This document shows, piece by piece, positions 22,604 through 34,541 of a stretch of 64,000 bases of DNA. The DNA comes from Terriglobia bacterium (GTDB lineage: Bacteria > Acidobacteriota > Terriglobia > JAJPHL01 > JAPKYU01), in contig CBDBKE010000002.1 of assembly GCA_965206645.1 (NCBI GenBank), positions 384,001 through 448,000 of the forward strand, in the 5' to 3' direction. The notes under the pieces are model-generated. The model searched no databases and was not told the DNA's origin. It saw nothing but the letters and a program-made list of their open reading frames with translations. Within the stretch, counting starts at the first letter, position 1. Every line of letters starts with the position of its first letter. Position numbers and translations under genes: made by a program.

Positions 22604-22792
22604 ATGCCGGTAGCCAGCGGGTGGTGCCATTGCCGGGAGAATCACCCTGACACGCGGTCCTGCCCCGGCCCTTTGAAACAGGAACTTGACGGAAAGGGCG
22701 CCTCGTGCAGTTATTGCGGCACCAAGCACCCGAAGGGCGCCGCGCAGTGTCGCACGGTAATCTGCAACCAGTGCAACGGCAAACGTCTCTGA
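22604..22792 (+). CDS. Small Cys/His-rich hypothetical protein (62 aa)
   Basis: Strong SD (GGAGGAGGAG) before ATG; fills the gap between two + strand genes; CHC, CxxC and CxxC motifs. Confidence 0.65.
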   Translation: MPVASGWCHCRENHPDTRSCPGPLKQELDGKGASCSYCGTKHPKGAAQCRTVICNQCNGKRL

Positions 22793-22816
22793 GCACCCCC
22801 TCGGAGGAGCTAGCTT

Positions 22817-24049
<1,233 letters not shown>

Positions 24050-24284
24050 AGGCTGGCCACCTCCTTCAGCGTGTCGGGCGAAAAGTGGCGCACCTGCAGC
24101 TAACCATGAACATGCCGGTTGATTGACGTCGGCGGCCGAGTCGTTGGGAAACTGCTATCGTAGCCGCAACCCTGTCGCTCGGCTGGATCTCAAAGACCTA
24201 GTCGAGATCTTGGTGTTTCCGCGTAACACACCTAGCAGAATGGTCGGCCTTCTTTTATAATTCCGTACGGGGCCGTCTGTCGCG

Positions 24285-25678
24285 ATGTCGAAAGCACCGC
24301 AGCCAACCGCTTCTTCGAGCCGAGGAGCTTTGAGTCGACGGGCTTTCGTGGAGTCTCTGTGCGGCGGCCTGGGCGCGGTGGGGCTCTCCGGGATGCTGGC
24401 CTCCGACCTCTGGGCCGCAAGTTCCCCGGTCGGACCGCACTTCGCTCCCGCCGCCAAGCACGTCATCTTCCTGTTCCTCACCGGCGGCCCTTCGCATCTC
24501 GACCTGTTCGACCCCAAGCCGGCGCTAGAGAAGTACGCCGGCCAGCGGCCCGATTCGGTGGACTTGCGCACCGAGCGCATGACCGGCGGCCTGCTGCCCT
24601 CGCCGTTCAAGTTCCGGCGGCACGGTCAGAGCGGCATCGAAGTGAGCGAGCTGTTGCCGAATCTGGCGGGCCTTGTCGACGAGCTGTGCGTCATCCGCTC
24701 GATGTACACGTTCAACCCGACGCACACTCCGGCGAAGAATCTGATCCATTCAGGGAACATCGCTTCCACCCATCCGACTCTCGGAGCTTGGATCTCCTGC
24801 GGGCTCGGCAGCGAGAACGAGAACCTGCCGGGCTTCGTCGTGCTGAGCCCGTCGTCACGCCAGAGCTACTTGTGGCGCTCGGGCTTCTTGCCGGCCGAGC
24901 ACCAGGGCACGCACTTCAACAACACCGAGACCGACCCCGAGAAGATGATTCATACCTGCGCAACGGCAAGCTCGACGCCGGTGCGCAACGCCATCAGCTC
25001 GACCTGCTCGCCGCCCTGAACAAGGCGCACCGCTCCGCCGTCGGGCAGGACGCCTTTCTAGAGGCGCGCATCCGAGCGATGGAGACTGCCTATCGCATGC
25101 AGTTTGAAGCGCTGGACGTCTTCGATGTGCGCAAAGAACCGGAGAAAATCCGCGAGGAGTACGGCTCCACCCCATTCGCCAACGGTTGTCTGCTCGCCCG
25201 CCGACTCGTCGAAAAGGGCGTCCGCTACGTGCACCTCTACTATGGCCCCCGCCAGCCATGGGACGATCACAAAGAGATCAACAAGAACCTGCGCGAGCGT
25301 TGTCCCGACATGGACCAAGCCACTGCCGCGCTCATCCGGGACCTCAAACGGCGCGGACTGTTGGAGGAAACCCTCCTCGTCTGGGGCGGAGAGTTCGGCC
25401 GTACGCCGGTTTCAGAATCCGGTGACGGACGAGACCACAACCCGTACGGCTTCACGATGTGGATGGCGGGCGGAGGCGTTCGCGGCGGCGTCAGCTACGG
25501 CGCCACCGATGATTTCGGGTTCCAGGCCGTCGAGAACCGGGTCAGTGTTCATGACCTGCACGCTACAATCCTCAACCGGCTCGGTCTGGACCATGAGCGT
25601 CTGACGTACCGCTATGCCGGTCGGGATTTCCGTCTGACCGACGTTCACGGGCGCGTACCAGCGGAGTTGCTGGCATGA
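24285..25678 (+). pseudogene. DUF1501 domain protein (Tat-like signal), frameshift near 24951
   Basis: SRRAF, GGPSHLDLFDPKP in frame 1; CLLARRLVE, WDDH, GEFGRTP, GRDHNP, GRDFRLTDV in frame 2. Confidence 0.85.
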
Positions 25679-28044
25679 TGCGCTTGACGCTCCTCGTGGC
25701 CGCGGCGGCGCTCGTCGGCTCGGCTCAAAGCCCGGAGATCGAACACTTCGAGCGCAGGATTCGGCCCGTGCTGATCGAGCAGTGCATGAGGTGCCACTCG
25801 GCTCGGCTCGACGAGCCCATGGGCGGCTTACGTGTGGACTCGCGCGACGCGCTCCGGCGCGGCGGCGCTTCGGGCCCGGCGCTGGTGCCCGGGCGGCCGG
25901 ATCAGAGCCTGCTGATCAAGGCGCTCCGCTATCAAGACCCTTCGCTCAAGATGCCGCCGACCGGAAAGCTGCCTGACCGGGTGATCGCGGATTTTGACAC
26001 CTGGATTGCCGACGGCGCCCAGGACCCGCGCATCGACGAGCCCAGCGCAACCCCACCCAACAGCTCCGGGGAGGCCGAAAAACCCGACAGCTCCGGCCCG
26101 GGCACGCCGATCGAAGAGGGGCGCCGCTGGTGGGCTTTTCAGCCTCTGGCCGAGTTGCAGGCGCCCGCCTACAGCCACCGCGGCTGGGCGCGACGCAAAA
26201 TCGACGCGTTCGTGCTCGCCAGGCTCGAAGAAAACGACCTGGAGCCGTCGCTCGAGGCCGACCACCGTGCGCTGATCCGGCGCGCTTCGCTCGACTTGAC
26301 CGGACTGCCGCCGAGCTACAAAGAGGTCGAAGCGTTCGTCGCCGATCCCTCGCCAACAGCCTATGAAGAGTTGATCGAGCGCCTGCTGGCATCGCCACGG
26401 TACGGCGAACGTTGGGGACGCCATTGGCTCGACGTGGCGCGCTGGGCCGAAGACCACCCCACCAGCGAGTCGACCAACCAGCCGCACGAATTTGCCTGGC
26501 GCTACCGAGATTGGGTCATCGAGGCCTTCAATAAGGATATTCCCTACGATCGCTTCATCCGCATGCAGTTTGCCGCCGACCTACTGCCGGGTTTCGAGCC
26601 GGCCGACATGAGGGCGCTCGGTTACATCGGCAACTCGCCGATGTATCACAAGGACCCGCGACTCTCCCGCGACGTGACCGAGACTCTGGCGAGCGACGAC
26701 TGGGACGAGCGGGTCGATGCTGTCTCTCGCGGGTTGCTCGGCCTCACCGTCGCCTGCGCCCGCTGCCACGACCACAAGTTCGACCCCATCACCAACGAGG
26801 ACTACTACGGCTTGGCGGGTGTGTTCGCCAGCCAGTGGCTGGTCAAGCGGCCGATCGTCGAAATGGATCCCAAAGCGGCGGAAAAACTGGTTTGGGATCA
26901 CGAGAGGTTCTACCGCCTCAAGGGCCAGTACGCCCTTCTCAAAGAGCTGAGCACCATCGCTACAGAGATGCATCCCCGCATTCAGGCGATGAAGGCGGAG
27001 ATTCGAGAGCTCGATGCGCGCTTATGCGAAGACGACACGCCGTTGACCCACGCCGTCGTCGACTGCGGAGTGTGGATCGATGGCAGCACACCGACGGTCA
27101 CTTGGATCGACCTGCGCCCTGGCCAGCCCCGCGACCTGCCGGTGTTCATCCGCGGCAATGTCGCCAACCCGGGCAAGATCGTGCCGCGGCGGTTCCTCGT
27201 GGTCTTCACCGAGGGCGAACCCGACCCGTTCCGGCAAGGCTCAGGACGTTTGGAGTTGGCCGACAAGATCGTCAGTGAAGCCGGTCCGCTGGCCGCGCGC
27301 GTATGGGTCAACCGCGTCTGGGGTTGGCACATCGGCGAGCATCTTGTCCGAACGCCTTCGGACTTCGGCACACAGGGGCAGAGGCCTACGCACCCGCGAC
27401 TCCTGAACGACCTTGCAGCTCGCTTCGTCAAGAACAGCTGGTCCCTCAAATGGCTGCACCGCGAGATCATGCTTTCAGCAACGTGCCGGCAAGCGAGCCG
27501 CAGCATCGAATCGGTGCAGCAGGCCGACCCGACGAATCGTTGGCTGTGGCGGATGAATCCGCGTCGGCTGGAGATCGAAGCCTGGCGGGACGCGATTCTG
27601 CAAGCATCAGGCGAACTCGACCTGACGATGGGCGGACCTTCCGAGGAAGTCGACGTCGAAGGCCCCGCCCGCCGGTCGGTCTATTCGAAGACCAGCCGCG
27701 GCCGGCTGCATCCGTTCTTGCAACTCTACGATTTCCCAGTTGCGACGCAGCACATCCCCAAGCGCCAGGTCACCACCACTCCACTTCAGCAGCTCTTCGT
27801 GCTCAACAGCAAGTGGATGCAGCACCAGGCTGTAAGGTTGGCGGCGCGGGTTGGCCCTCTGCAGGACTCCAACGCCAAGATCGCGACTCTCTATCGTATG
27901 ACCCTGGGTCGCGAGCCGAGGGCGCACGAGGTTGACCTCGCTCTCACGTTCCTGGGTCGGCGGGAAGCCGCGCTAGGCCGCAAACCCTGGGAAGAGTACG
28001 CTCAGGTCCTTCTAGGCTCCAATGAGCTGGCCTATCTGGACTGA
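25675..28044 (+). CDS. PSD1/DUF1549/DUF1553 protein with planctomycete cytochrome c domain
   Basis: CMRCH, YGERWGRHWLD, CARCHDHKFDP, PSDFG..G..PTHP, RRLEIE. Confidence 0.92.
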   Translation: MMRLTLLVAAAALVGSAQSPEIEHFERRIRPVLIEQCMRCHSARLDEPMGGLRVDSRDALRRGGASGPALVPGRPDQSLLIKALRYQDPSLKMPPTGKLPDRVIADFDTWIADGAQDPRIDEPSATPPNSSGEAEKPDSSGPGTPIEEGRRWWAFQPLAELQAPAYSHRGWARRKIDAFVLARLEENDLEPSLEADHRALIRRASLDLTGLPPSYKEVEAFVADPSPTAYEELIERLLASPRYGERWGRHWLDVARWAEDHPTSESTNQPHEFAWRYRDWVIEAFNKDIPYDRFIRMQFAADLLPGFEPADMRALGYIGNSPMYHKDPRLSRDVTETLASDDWDERVDAVSRGLLGLTVACARCHDHKFDPITNEDYYGLAGVFASQWLVKRPIVEMDPKAAEKLVWDHERFYRLKGQYALLKELSTIATEMHPRIQAMKAEIRELDARLCEDDTPLTHAVVDCGVWIDGSTPTVTWIDLRPGQPRDLPVFIRGNVANPGKIVPRRFLVVFTEGEPDPFRQGSGRLELADKIVSEAGPLAARVWVNRVWGWHIGEHLVRTPSDFGTQGQRPTHPRLLNDLAARFVKNSWSLKWLHREIMLSATCRQASRSIESVQQADPTNRWLWRMNPRRLEIEAWRDAILQASGELDLTMGGPSEEVDVEGPARRSVYSKTSRGRLHPFLQLYDFPVATQHIPKRQVTTTPLQQLFVLNSKWMQHQAVRLAARVGPLQDSNAKIATLYRMTLGREPRAHEVDLALTFLGRREAALGRKPWEEYAQVLLGSNELAYLD

Positions 28045-28089
28045 GCGCGCGGGTGGCCGATTTCTTGCCATCCAGCCACCAGGTGTCCG

Positions 28090-28152
28090 GCCTAACAAGC
28101 CGGTGAAGCTGCAGCCGCTTCGCGGCGCAGCTTACCGGCCATCCGCTTAGCC
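28090..28152 (+). other. Degenerate solitary integron attC-like site
   Basis: GCCTAAC (RYYYAAC)-AAGCCGGTGAAGCTGC...GCAGCTTACCGGC-CATCC-GCTTAGCC. Imperfect palindrome with an extrahelical base; R' is degenerate. Confidence 0.5.
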
Positions 28153-28263
28153 TCCGGTTTAGAGAATCAGTCCCGAAATTGGCGATGCGGCCGGTATGCC
28201 CTTCGAGACTTGGATTCGGTGGTGGCCGGCGGAAAACTGGGCATCGACGTGGTGACGAGCGGA

Positions 28264-29610
28264 TCACGAAGGCCGGCCAATGCAGACCAGGTGAGCGGCG
28301 GTGCGGAAATACCAGCGGCCACCCACCAGCGCCGGCGAAGCCAGCGTGCGTTCGTTGAGACGGTTGACGCCCAGAAGTTTGAATTCCGACCCGGCTTTGA
28401 GCACAAATGTTTCGCCGTCGTCGCTCGTGAAAAACACCTTGCCGTCCACCCCCACCGGGGACGCCGAGAACAATTCGCGCCGGGTTTCGGCCAGCCGGCC
28501 CTGCCACATCAGCTTGCCCGTTTTTGCCTCGTAACAGGTGGCGATCCCCACCATGTCGTTGACGAGGTAGAGGTAATCCCCGTAGAGCAGCGGCGAGGGG
28601 ATGAACGGGGAGCCCTTCGGCGTCTGCCAGACGAGGTGCGTGCCGGTGACATCGCCCGATCCTCCGGGACGGATCGCCAGCGTCGGGCCTGCCCGGCCGG
28701 AGCTGCAAAAAATCAGGCCGTGGCCCACCACCGGAGTGGGCGTTACCTCAACCAGGTTCCCCGCGCAGCGCCACAACTCCCTGCCGCTGTCCGGATCGTA
28801 GGCATAGACCCATTTCTGACTGCTGACAATGATCTCATCGCGGTCCCCAACGCGCACCGCCACCGGCGAGCCCCAGCCGGTCTTTTCCTGGCGCTCGGTC
28901 CACCACAGTTTCCTGCCGGTCCGCTTGTCAAATGCTGCGACAAACGACCCGGAGGGCGCGCGATGGTCCTGGTAGATGATCACGCGATCCCGGTAAAGCA
29001 GCGGAGAGCCGGCGGCGCCGTGGAAAGGATCCATCGGGCCCAGATCGTGATGCCAGACTTGTTTGCCGTTGAAGTCCACGGCCAGTAAGCCATGATTTCC
29101 GAGATAGGCGTAGACTCGCTCACCGTCGGTAGCTGGTGTGCCCGAAGCGTAGCCGTTCTTGGCGTGAGCCCTCTCAGGACGTCCTTTCGGAGCAAAGGCC
29201 TCCCAGAGCTGCTGGCCATCCTCGCGTTGGAAGCTCAGAATCGACCGTCGGCCCCCGTTGTCGTAGGCCGTCGTCAGGAAGATGCGGTCGCCCCAGATCA
29301 CGGGAGAGGAGTTGCCCTTCCCGGAGACCTTGACTCTCCAGAGGACGTTTTCCCGATTCGACCAAGTGTCGGGATAGCCCGAGTCGACGGCCAACCCCTG
29401 CCCCGAGGGCCCGCGCCAACGCGGCCAGTACCGGCGTCCCTCGCCGGTGACTTCCACCATCGTTGCCGGCGCCATCAATAATGGCGCTGGTGACGCACCT
29501 GCGGCGGGCAAAAGGCGGTGCCAGGTTCCCTGCAACGCAAGAATGAGGGCCAGACCCAGTGGCAGCCCCAATGGCAGCCAAACAATCGTCACCCGTTTCC
29601 AGCCAGGCAT
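28264..29610 (-). CDS. PQQ-binding-like beta-propeller protein (BamB-like)
   Basis: WPRWRGP..G, SSPVIWGDRIF, repeated W-terminated propeller blades. Confidence 0.88.
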   Translation of the reverse strand: MPGWKRVTIVWLPLGLPLGLALILALQGTWHRLLPAAGASPAPLLMAPATMVEVTGEGRRYWPRWRGPSGQGLAVDSGYPDTWSNRENVLWRVKVSGKGNSSPVIWGDRIFLTTAYDNGGRRSILSFQREDGQQLWEAFAPKGRPERAHAKNGYASGTPATDGERVYAYLGNHGLLAVDFNGKQVWHHDLGPMDPFHGAAGSPLLYRDRVIIYQDHRAPSGSFVAAFDKRTGRKLWWTERQEKTGWGSPVAVRVGDRDEIIVSSQKWVYAYDPDSGRELWRCAGNLVEVTPTPVVGHGLIFCSSGRAGPTLAIRPGGSGDVTGTHLVWQTPKGSPFIPSPLLYGDYLYLVNDMVGIATCYEAKTGKLMWQGRLAETRRELFSASPVGVDGKVFFTSDDGETFVLKAGSEFKLLGVNRLNERTLASPALVGGRWYFRTAAHLVCIGRPS

Positions 29611-29733
29611 CGCATTCCTCCTACGCTTCGCCGGCGGCAACCGCCGTCAGATCGGTCGTCCACGCGCTGCTGAAGATTGTCTTGCCTGCGCCTCAACTGG
29701 CCGGTAGCCGGCGATCCCGGCGGAGCCCGGTTT

Positions 29734-30096
29734 CTAAGCCGAGTTAAGGTTGATCTCCAAAAAGACGGGCCGCTTACGTTGCAGCCGGACAATCCAATCT
29801 ACGATCCAAACCTGCCAGCCGCACTTCTTCGAGACCAACCTCCTGGGGCGGGGCTCCTCGGACGGATTCAGTATCCTGCAGAGGGCCCTGACCGCCGACC
29901 CTTTGGGGTTTCCCCGCGCTGTGCAGGGCGCCACTTCCACCTGAGGATTATTGCGCAGCCTCTTGACCTTGCCGGCTTGCGTTTCGGTTCTCACGTACAG
30001 TTTGCCTGAGTCCTCCACGAACCAAACGGGCGTCGAAACGGGCTGGCCCGATCGGCGGAACGTCGCAAGGGAGATGTACCGCTCTGGCTCAAACAT
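29734..30096 (-). CDS. PPOX class F420-dependent oxidoreductase-like protein
   Basis: YISLATFRRSG..VSTPVWF...GKVKRLRNNP.V.VAPC..RG. Confidence 0.88.
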   Translation of the reverse strand: MFEPERYISLATFRRSGQPVSTPVWFVEDSGKLYVRTETQAGKVKRLRNNPQVEVAPCTARGNPKGSAVRALCRILNPSEEPRPRRLVSKKCGWQVWIVDWIVRLQRKRPVFLEINLNSA

Positions 30097-30329
30097 GCAG
30101 GGTAGAAGTATAATCCCAACTGAGGCAAAGCGCTCTCTTGATCAGTGTCCCTAAACCCCACTCGTCGGCACGGTCGGAAGTAGCTGATTCAGCACGCCAC
30201 ACGAGAAGCCGTTCAGCCGAATATCCTCGGCCAGTTTGACAAGGAATCCAGAATCGTTTACCGTGCTGACCGGGACGAGGTTTTATGCGAGTCATCATGA
30301 ACAAGAGTTAGGTGTCCACAGGTTCTGAA

Positions 30330-30722
30330 ATGATCCAGAAGGTTCTATTTGTTTTAATGATCGTGCTGATCATTATCTCTGTAGGATGCAGCAGTAAAGA
30401 CACCGAGGCTCCCCGTGTTGTCGATACATCCCCACCAAATGGGAGCCAGGATGTCGGCCCATCTACAGACGAAATATCAGGAACATTCAATGAGGAAATG
30501 ATGGATCAGAGTTGGTCATGGGCATATACAAATAAGAACGACTTCCCGGAGATGACAGGGCAGCCACACTATACGAACAACTACACACGCAATGTGTTGC
30601 CTGTGAAAATGGAGCCCAATAAAGAATATATTATTTGGATAAATAGCTAAAAGTTCAAAAACTTCAAAGACAAGAGTGGGAACCCTCTATTTCCTTTTAA
30701 ATTCACATTTAAAACAAAATAG
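30330..30722 (+). pseudogene. AT-rich lipoprotein with an Ig-like (SbsA/Big_5-type) domain, in-frame TAA at 30648
   Basis: Lipobox SVGC; APRVVDTSPPNGSQDV...TFNEEM; the frame continues KFKNFKDKSGNPLFPFKFTFKT after the stop. Confidence 0.7.
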
Positions 30723-30839
30723 ACATTGCGGCCGAGGGAGAGCGACCGCAGGAGGCCGGAGTATGGAACGCGCGGGAAGTGCGGCTATGCTGCGGCTGGG
30801 CCACCCCAGGGTAGTCGGGATGAATGGCCCCTCTTCTAC

Positions 30840-30881
30840 CCCAAGACTAGACGCTCCCGGCCCAAGGCTAGACACTCCCGG
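30840..30881. repeat. 21-bp imperfect tandem duplication covering the glycosyltransferase stop codon
   Basis: cccaagactagacgctcccgg / cccaaggctagacactcccgg. Confidence 0.7.
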
Positions 30882-32310
30882 GCGGATGCGCTGGGGTAAA
30901 GCCGCGCCGGTGCATCCGGCCCCAGGCGCGCTTGCCCGCCAGCAGTTCGATCATTGCTACTACCCGCCAGAACACCAGAAACTGCCGGTAAGGAAAGAAC
31001 TCCAGCGTGCACAGCAGAAGCAGCCGCGCCACCTCGCTGATCTTCTGGTAGCGACGGTAGGTGATCTCCTCTAGGACGACCGAACCAATGGAGACCAACG
31101 TGCCCACCAGATAAGCCAGGATCATGAAATAAACAAAGGTGGCCCAGGTGAGCACTTCCAGCAAGGCCGCAGTTAGGATGGCAAGCCAGCCGAGCAGTTC
31201 CACCACCGCTCCCAGCAGTTCCACCACAACGTGGTAGGGGAATGCCACCAGCCCGATGAACCCGTAGCGCGGGTTCAGCATCATGGAGCGGTAGCGCCAG
31301 AGCACCTGGACCAGGCCCTTTTGCCAGCGCTTTCGCTGGCCCGCCAGAGAAGCCAGGTCGCCGGGCACCTCGGTCCAGCAGACCGGGTCGGGGATGAAGC
31401 GGATGCGATAAGAACTCCCCCGTTGTCGCCGCAGGTGCAGATGCATCCGCACCACCAGATCCATGTCCTCCGCGATCGCGTCCGCGCGGTAGCCGCCCAA
31501 TTCCAACACCATTTGGCGGGAAAAACAGCCAAAGGCCCCGGAGATAATCAGCATGCCATTCAGCGCGCTCCAGCCCTCGCGGCCGAACAGGAAGGCCCGC
31601 AGGTACTCCACCACCTGGATGGCTTCTATACTGGGGCGCGGCAGGTGAACGTCGGTGACCCGTCCGGAGGCGACCCTGCACCCGTTCACCACCCGCACGA
31701 TGCCGCCGACCGCCACCACCCGCTCCGGGTCCAGCACCATGGGCAGCGCCATCCGCAACAATGCGTCGCTTTCCAGTACTGCGTCAGCATCCAGCGCACA
31801 GAAATAGGGGTTGCGGGCGACGTTGATGCCGGCGTTCAGCGCATCCGCTTTACCGCCGCCATTCTCTTTGTCCAGTACCAGCAGACGGGGTTCGGTCAAG
31901 CTGACATAAGCGGCGCGCACCGTTTGGGTCTTCAGCCGCGGAGCAATGACGTACTGAGTCCGGATCAACTGGAAGGCGCCCTCCAGCCGGGCCAGCGTCT
32001 GGTCCTCGCTGCCGTCGTTAATCACCACCACTTCAAAGTCCGGGTAGGTCAACGACAGCAGCGAGCGGACCGTCTCCACGATGCTGACCTCCTCGTTGTA
32101 GGCCGGGACCAACAACGAAATGGGAGGCGTGAAAGGCGAGGAGTAGATCTCCTGAAGCGAGATGTTCCTTATCCGTCGCTGGTGTTGCACGCTGGACCAC
32201 AACGAGGCCACCATTAACAGCAGGCAGTGGACCGCGGAATACAGGTAGTAGAGGACAACGAATTGGTTAAACGCGATCAGCCAGCGCATGGCGACCTCGG
32301 GGAGGCTCAT
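30868..32310 (-). CDS. Processive GT2 glycosyltransferase (PgaC/IcaA-like)
   Basis: PAYNE, NDGS, GKADALN, LDAD, EDMDL, QRKRW, plus TM helices. Confidence 0.93.
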   Translation of the reverse strand: MSLPEVAMRWLIAFNQFVVLYYLYSAVHCLLLMVASLWSSVQHQRRIRNISLQEIYSSPFTPPISLLVPAYNEEVSIVETVRSLLSLTYPDFEVVVINDGSEDQTLARLEGAFQLIRTQYVIAPRLKTQTVRAAYVSLTEPRLLVLDKENGGGKADALNAGINVARNPYFCALDADAVLESDALLRMALPMVLDPERVVAVGGIVRVVNGCRVASGRVTDVHLPRPSIEAIQVVEYLRAFLFGREGWSALNGMLIISGAFGCFSRQMVLELGGYRADAIAEDMDLVVRMHLHLRRQRGSSYRIRFIPDPVCWTEVPGDLASLAGQRKRWQKGLVQVLWRYRSMMLNPRYGFIGLVAFPYHVVVELLGAVVELLGWLAILTAALLEVLTWATFVYFMILAYLVGTLVSIGSVVLEEITYRRYQKISEVARLLLLCTLEFFPYRQFLVFWRVVAMIELLAGKRAWGRMHRRGFTPAHPPGSV

Positions 32311-33628
32311 AGGCAGCCGGTGCGACCAGGGCCGCTTGTAACTGTTGACTCACCCAGCGCAGCACGCGCTGCTGCCGACCGTCGGTGGCGCGAGCCTGGA
32401 TTTGCTCGATGGCTGGAGCAAGAGCCGGGCTAGGGTGTTGAACGAGCAGTCTCGCCACTTTCAAGCGAACCCGAGAATCGGGGTGCGTTTCCAGCGCATA
32501 TAGGAACTCTTGGGTAACCCCGGCGCGGAGTGCGGCACGCAACAGGCTGGTGGCTTCCTGGCGCTCCTCGGCTTGTGCGGACCGCAGTAGCGCAATCGTA
32601 CGCCACAGCAACCCGCTGCGGCCCAGCAGCGACAGGTACGCCTCCAGGGCGTAGCGGTCTCCTGCATTCATCAAGTAGCGCAGAACGGGTAAGGGTTTGG
32701 CGGCCAGGCGCGCCAGGGTCGTGGCAGCGCGCTGCCGTACCTGAAAATGGGAATCGCGCGTCGCATGCAGCACTGCGTCCAGGCACTCTGGACGGTTCAA
32801 GTCCCCGATGCCCGCCAGGGCTCGCAGGCGCACGAACCAAGCGAAATCTCTCGCGAGCACGACCAGTATTGGCGCAGCTCGCGGGTCAGCAGTGCGTCCC
32901 AGAATTCGGGCTATTTGCGCGCGCACTTCTTCGTCGGGATCAAAAGCAAATTCCTGCACCTGATCGAAGGTGGCTAGTTCAGGCAACTCACTCAGAGCGC
33001 GGGCCGCCAGGGTGCGCACCTGCGCGCGCTGGTCGTGCAGCAGCAAAATCAGAGATCCCCTCGGGATGCGGCAGCCGACCGCCGCGTGCAACCAAATGGT
33101 GGGGTGCAGCGGCAGGGCGGGTTCGGCCACGCACTGGATCAAGGCCGAAGCCGCTAGCGGGTCGCCGATAGCTGCCAGGGCTCGGGCGGCAGCCTGGCGC
33201 AACTCCGGAGAGGGGTCGCGCAGGAGGTCTATCAAAGCCGGCACTGCCACACGAGCGCCGGCTCTGCCCAGCAGGGCAGTCGATTGCAGCTTCTGCCAGT
33301 GCTTGCCGCGCCGCAGCCAGTCCACGTGTCGGTCCGGAAAGCCAGCGCGCTCCAACAGCTTCCTCAGCCGTTGCGCCTCCTGCCCGGTGGCGACTTCCAG
33401 GCGGTCTATAACCAGCGTCTCTAGCGTCTCGCGCCGATCCCGCGTGGCTAGTTCGACCCGGGAAATCTCCACACCCGACAGCAGCACTGGGAGCCGCTCC
33501 ACCCACTGACGCCGCAGGTCATCGCGCCGCGCAAACCGGCGACCTCGCCGCCAGCGCCGCAGCGCCATGAACCCAACCATGACCAGAATGCCGGCCAGGG
33601 GCAACAGCAGGCTCCAGGCCGGGAACAC
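32267..33628 (-). CDS. Membrane-anchored HEAT repeat protein
   Basis: N-terminal TM segment; repeated D....VR..AA.AL HEAT motifs; upstream of GT2. Confidence 0.85.
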   Translation of the reverse strand: MFPAWSLLLPLAGILVMVGFMALRRWRRGRRFARRDDLRRQWVERLPVLLSGVEISRVELATRDRRETLETLVIDRLEVATGQEAQRLRKLLERAGFPDRHVDWLRRGKHWQKLQSTALLGRAGARVAVPALIDLLRDPSPELRQAAARALAAIGDPLAASALIQCVAEPALPLHPTIWLHAAVGCRIPRGSLILLLHDQRAQVRTLAARALSELPELATFDQVQEFAFDPDEEVRAQIARILGRTADPRAAPILVVLARDFAWFVRLRALAGIGDLNRPECLDAVLHATRDSHFQVRQRAATTLARLAAKPLPVLRYLMNAGDRYALEAYLSLLGRSGLLWRTIALLRSAQAEERQEATSLLRAALRAGVTQEFLYALETHPDSRVRLKVARLLVQHPSPALAPAIEQIQARATDGRQQRVLRWVSQQLQAALVAPAAYEPPRGRHALADRV

Positions 33629-34093
33629 AGTTCATGCAATGCACGTGGCATGCCAGCCCATTCCCTTTTCTTTCTGGAAGTTAGAAGAAGCGTCGATTCC
33701 CGTTTCGAAACTGTCTCTCAACGGGAAGCTTCACTGCGGCTTTTTAGCGAGGAATGCTACTGACCTGCTTCCCAAAAACTGGACCGGCCTAAATGAGAGT
33801 CCTCCGGCATGTTGACCTGCCCAGTGAAACTGTGGGCTTCCGCGCGCCGCACTGGCAGACTCCAGGCCAACACCAGCGCTGGGGCCTTTGACCACCGGTT
33901 GGTCCAACGGCGAAATCCACAGCTATTCTTGCCCGTTTCGCAGCAGGCCAGCACGACACTGAACTTGTATGCTCAATCAATACCGGAGACCGCCAAGGCG
34001 ACCGTTAAAGCCCTGGACCGAAAACTGTGCGGGGTTCTGAACACAACTGAACATAAGTACGAGATGTGAGAATGTCTAAGCCATTGTAAAAAC

Positions 34094-34170
34094 TGGCGGG
34101 GCCGACGGGACTCGAACCCGCGATCTCCTGCGTGACAGGCAGGCGTGATAACCAGCTTCACTACGGCCCC
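34094..34170 (-). tRNA. tRNA-Asp(GTC)
   Basis: GGGGCCGTAGTGAAGCTGGTTATCACGCCTGCCTGTCACGCAGGAGATCGCGGGTTCGAGTCCCGTCGGCCCCGCCA cloverleaf with CCA. Confidence 0.97.
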
Positions 34171-34541
34171 GCTGCGCAATGGCATCGCCGCCCGACCGGG
34201 CAGCGCGCGGGCAACGGGAAACTCAAACTCTGGTCCCCTCTTGCTAAGCTATCACAGCTTTGTGCTTGAGACCACCCTGGCGTCCTCCATGTATGGCTCT
34301 ACTGCCTCGCGGAGCGCGATGGCCTCGGCGGCATCCGGGCGCAAGCGCTCGGTCCTTTGAAGAAACGGCCAGTTGGCTCCGAATGGTTCGACTTATAATA
34401 CGGTGCTGAGCATAGCGCTAGTGATCACTTCGAGTTCTTCAACAGGGCCGCCAGAGTTTTGTTAGGATAGCCCCTTCGACTACCGAGTGGGAGCCGCCAA
34501 CTGTTGAGTGCCTCGCTAGCCACGCAACAGGAGGATTCTGG

